From: Centroscyllium fabricii
Taxonomy: Eukaryota
Length of the DNA: 64,000 nt
Direction: 5' to 3'
Assembly: GCA_051313645.2 (NCBI GenBank)
Contig: JBNRSN020000008.1
Coordinates: forward strand, 191,456,001-191,520,000
Below the pieces are notes generated by a model. The model had not been told where the DNA came from, did not search any database, and saw only the letters and a program-made list of their open reading frames with translations. Shown in pieces: positions 60,154 through 64,000 of this stretch (position 1 is the first letter of the stretch; each line of letters opens with the position of its first letter). Both the position numbers and the translations under genes were made by a program.

Positions 60154-60449
60154 TTTTACTGTCTAGACGCAATTCTGAATGGGCACAGGCCCATCACACA
60201 GAACTGCCACTAATTAAACAAGTGGCAGACATGCTGCGCGGGGGCCACAAGATAACTGGTGTGGGAACTGGACACACCACAATGGCTCAGTAAGAAGAGC
60301 CTTTCAGACGCTGGAGCTGAAGCACACTGCCGTGACAAAATGGATGGAGTTTTGCTCGGCACCTAACCTAACCGGAGAGTGCTCGAGAACAGTAGGTGCC
60401 TGCAATAAAAAGTATTCTATTCTCCAGCATCAACACTCCTCACCTTGCT

Positions 60450-61660
60450 GTGCACAAAAATCATTAAAAGTAGCATCACAAGTTAGTGGGGCCGTAAAAA
60501 GTGCACACAAAGCACGGAGATTAATTTCTAGAGGAATTCAAAAGCAGAAATGTTACGTTGAACTTGCACAGAACCTTGGTTGGACCACACTTGGAGAAGT
60601 GCGCACAGCTCTGGTCTCCGTATCACGAGAACCATACAGAAGCACTGGAGAAAAGATTTACAAGGATGATACCAAAACTGAGAGGTTATAATTACCAAGA
60701 AAAATTGAACAAGCTGGGGCCCATTTCTCTTGCAAAGAGAAAGCTGAGGGGTGACCCGATAAAGGGCTTTAAAATTATTAAAGGGTTTGATGGAGTGGAC
60801 ACAAGGGCAGAGGTTCCCAGTTCTGGGGGTGAACAAAACTAGCAACTATAAATATAAGGCAGTTGCTAATAATTCCAATAGGGAATTCAGGAGAAGCTTC
60901 TTTACTCAGAGGTTGGTTAGAATGTGGAACTCGCCACCACAGGGAGTAAAAAGAAAATAACTTGCATTTATATAGCGCCTTTCACAACCTCAGGACGTCC
61001 CAAAGTACTTTATAGCCAATGAAGAACTCTTGAAGTCTAGTCATTGTTGCAATATATTTCAGGTGAACAGCAGAGAGGCATTTAAGGGGAAACTAGCCAA
61101 GTGCATGAGGGAGAAATGAATACAGGTTGAACACCGTTAATCCGTTACCCGAAAAACCAACAGCATGCGCAAAATGACCGCCACGATTGCTGCTTCGGCG
61201 ACTGATCTGCGCATGCGCCGAACGGTGAGTGCATGCGCAGATCATTCACAATGGCCCTCCGAGCCCAGCCTCTCCGAGCCCCGCCCAACCTCTCCGAGCA
61301 CAGCCCCGCCTCTCCGAGCACAGCCCCGCCTCTCCGAGCCCAACCCCTCCGGGCCTCTCCGAGCCTCCCCGAACGACAAGCACATGTGCAGACCACTCAA
61401 AATGTCCGCCGGCCTTTTGCGGCGGCCATTTTGAGTGGTCTGCGCATGCGCTCGCCGAAACTTCAATCGTTCGGGATTTTCACTTTCCCGGCACGGGCCT
61501 GGTCCTGCCCGTGCCGGATTAACGGTGCCCAACCTGTAGCAGGATATGTTGATGGGGTGAGAGGAAGTAAAGGGAGTGTGAGGGGGCTTTTGAGAAGCTT
61601 AAACACTGGCAGAGACCTGTTGGGCAGAATGGCCTGTTTCTGTGCTGTAAATTCTGTGTA
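60450..61660 (+). mobile_element. CR1 LINE 3' fragment interrupted by a SINE/L2 tail (about 60950-61050, minus) and a MITE
   Basis: TLVGPHLEKCAQLWSP..RFTRMIPKLRGYNYQEKL..RKLRGD. Confidence 0.8.
61123..61536. mobile_element. pogo/Tigger-like MITE
   Basis: TA|CAGGTTGAACACCGTTAATCCG...CGGATTAACGGTGCCCAACCTG|TA; the CR1 tail resumes afterwards. Confidence 0.9.
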
Positions 61661-63594
61661 ATACAAACTAATTCCCCTCTCTTTACACTTTTAATGGGAA
61701 CAAAACTTTTTTCCTTTGCCTGCTACAATGTGAGGCTGGATTGCAGATCTGACTTACCCATCGACAGAAGTTCAGCGGTCACTATGATTTAATTCATTGG
61801 GACTGGGCAGTTTGCTGTCACTCTTGGTTTTGATACACTCAGCCTGAGTTATAACTTTAGCTGCTCTCCTTGTCACAAGAAGTCTATTCACATTTAACTG
61901 GCATCTTCTGTCATGCAGCTAATGAAGGTGCGCAAGTTGTTTGTACCTATCCAGCACCTTAAAGAGGGGTTATTAGTACTGGTACCCTTCTGAAGTATTA
62001 GTTACAGAGATCGCATTTTTCAATGTTCGTGCTTCATGTCTGGTCATTTGTTTGTCAAGATGGGAGGGGGAGGGAAGAGGAGAAGACTAAATGCAATGGT
62101 GCAGGCGGGGTGGATTAATACCGGTAGACAGTCAGTAACACAGGACGCTGACTGGGAGGAATTACCGAGTCCAATACTGGACAACTGGATTGACATCAGT
62201 AGAGAGACCGTCAGGAACACAGGATGCTGCAACAACCGTATAATTTCAATCGAGTACATTAATTCAGCTCCTTCACACAGCAAAGCTCGATAACCCCTCC
62301 AGGACAATTCTCTGGTGACAGCGATTCGGTTCAATACTGAATACCATCAGGAAATTAAACAAATGCTTAGTGGGCTGGAGGGTGGGGGGTTGTGGGGAGA
62401 ATAGGAAACTAAATAAAGTTAACTTTTTGTAAGCCATTCGCTTTTTCCTAAAAAGTTGCAGTGATTGCAAGTTTTTGATCAGTTTTCCCTCTTGGTCTCT
62501 CCCCCGCTTCCCCCCCCCCATTAAAAATCCCTTCATCAATAGTCCTCCTCTGTTCTATTGCAGAACAATTATACAGCGATGTTCAGGCAAACTGAAATTC
62601 TTGGCCACTGTGCATTTCTGATTACTAGCAGTACAAAAAGAGGGAAAAATCAAACAAGGCAAATTGTACACATCCTTAAGGAATGGGCTCAAATTGGGAC
62701 AGTTCCACAGGCACAAACGGCTCTTCAGTATCTGGTCCAAAGGACACTTCCTCACATCTGATCCTAGACAACGGCCCAGCTATTATACAGAGACAGTATC
62801 ACAGCCGGGCCCAACCCTCTCCTCACCTGGGACTTTTCAGGACGATTTTTATACTGCCTTCTGAACCCAGGAACACTGAGCAGTAATTGTAACAGCCCTG
62901 CTCCCGACATAGTCGAGACCAGCTAACTCCGCACAGACCATCTTTCAATTATACAGCACGAGTTCCACCCTCAACTTAAATTAAATGCAATGCACTTGGC
63001 CAAGTCCTTTTTGATGCGCAGGCCTCCTATTGTCAACATACTACTAAACCAGAAATAGGTGGAACTGCTCAGCAGGTCAGAAAGCATCTGTGGAGAGACA
63101 GAAGTCGGAGCGTATAATCATTGCTTTCCTGCGATCAAAACAAGTCGGACTAGAAGCTCCATAATGCCCACCAACAGGGTCCCAACTGAATGGGGTCGCT
63201 CAATGTAATGTGGCATTTTTTTGTATGCCATACATATTTTTAAAGCAGTGCCTTAAAAACCTCTTGCCATCACCAGTCCCCTCCCACTTCTAGCTTAAAG
63301 CATCAACTCCATGCTGGGGTATAGTTGGTCTTGCTGGAATGTGTTCAGTTGCAAGCGTTGGATAAGGATAGGATCCAGTTTGGCTGTGATCCTCCCCACC
63401 TTCCCTCCCAACGCCAAAATAACCTGGCAACACTCTTAGGAACAAGGGGAGGCCAATCAGCCCCTTGAGCCTGTCCTGCTATTCAATCAGACCATGGCTG
63501 ATCTACATCTCAACTCCATTTACCCACTTTAGTTCCGTAACCCTTAATACCCTTAACTCAGTCCTTTAGCTCACAATGGAATAATAGGGCAAGA

Positions 63595-63812
63595 TAGTGC
63601 ACTCCTCCAATTCTGGCCTCTTGAGCATCCTCAATTTTAATTGCTCCACCATTGGCAGCCATGTCTTCAGCTGCCGAGGGCCTAAGCTCTGGAATTCCCT
63701 CCCTAAACCACTCCATCTTTCTACCTCTGCAATTTTGTCTGATTACGCTCCTATGAAGCGCCTTGAGGCATTTTACTACGTTAAAGGAGTTATATAAATG
63801 CCTGTTGTTGTT
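63595..63812 (+). mobile_element. L2 LINE 3' end fragment
   Basis: Matches 51410-51708 with an internal deletion. Confidence 0.75.
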
Positions 63813-64000
63813 CGGCACCTGGTACATTATATCCCAGCAAGCAGTTAACTACTTCGGGAGAGGATGGGTGGGGCAGGGGAATTATGGAGAAAGTGACTTG
63901 ATTCACGATTATGCCCCAGCTCTTCCCTGTTGGGTGCGGCGAGCGCTAAACGCCAGACTCTCCCCCTGGCGGTAGCATTTCCATTGCTGCTCCACTCGGC

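Overview
Repeat-dense vertebrate genomic DNA, most likely from a shark or other cartilaginous fish. The taxon is inferred from HE1-type V-SINEs, SacSINE1-type Deu-SINEs and abundant CR1/L2 LINE fragments. I could not confidently name any host protein-coding gene; there are only a few low-confidence minus-strand exon candidates (about 12.7-13.0 kb, 15.1-15.4 kb and an Ig-like segment at about 59.1-59.3 kb). Main content: about 10 V-SINEs; Deu-SINEs; CR1, L2, Rex1/Babar and Ingi/Vingi-like LINE fragments; Penelope-like remnants carrying minimal hammerhead-ribozyme motifs, one as a 119-bp-arm palindrome; a decayed CsRn1-type Ty3/Gypsy provirus (25519-29603) inside a 22-24 bp minisatellite; two solo LTRs; and several MITE families. 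The most unusual signals are four. (1) A pogo/Tigger-like MITE family is packed with NRF1- and YY1-like motifs and shares an exact 26-bp module with an unrelated hAT MITE. (2) Two copies of that family appear to enclose captured unique sequence. (3) Two Harbinger-type elements keep hairpins at the same positions with different stem sequences, and share arrays of splice-donor motifs. (4) The Penelope hammerhead motifs. All coordinates were read by eye, and boundaries of old fragments are approximate.
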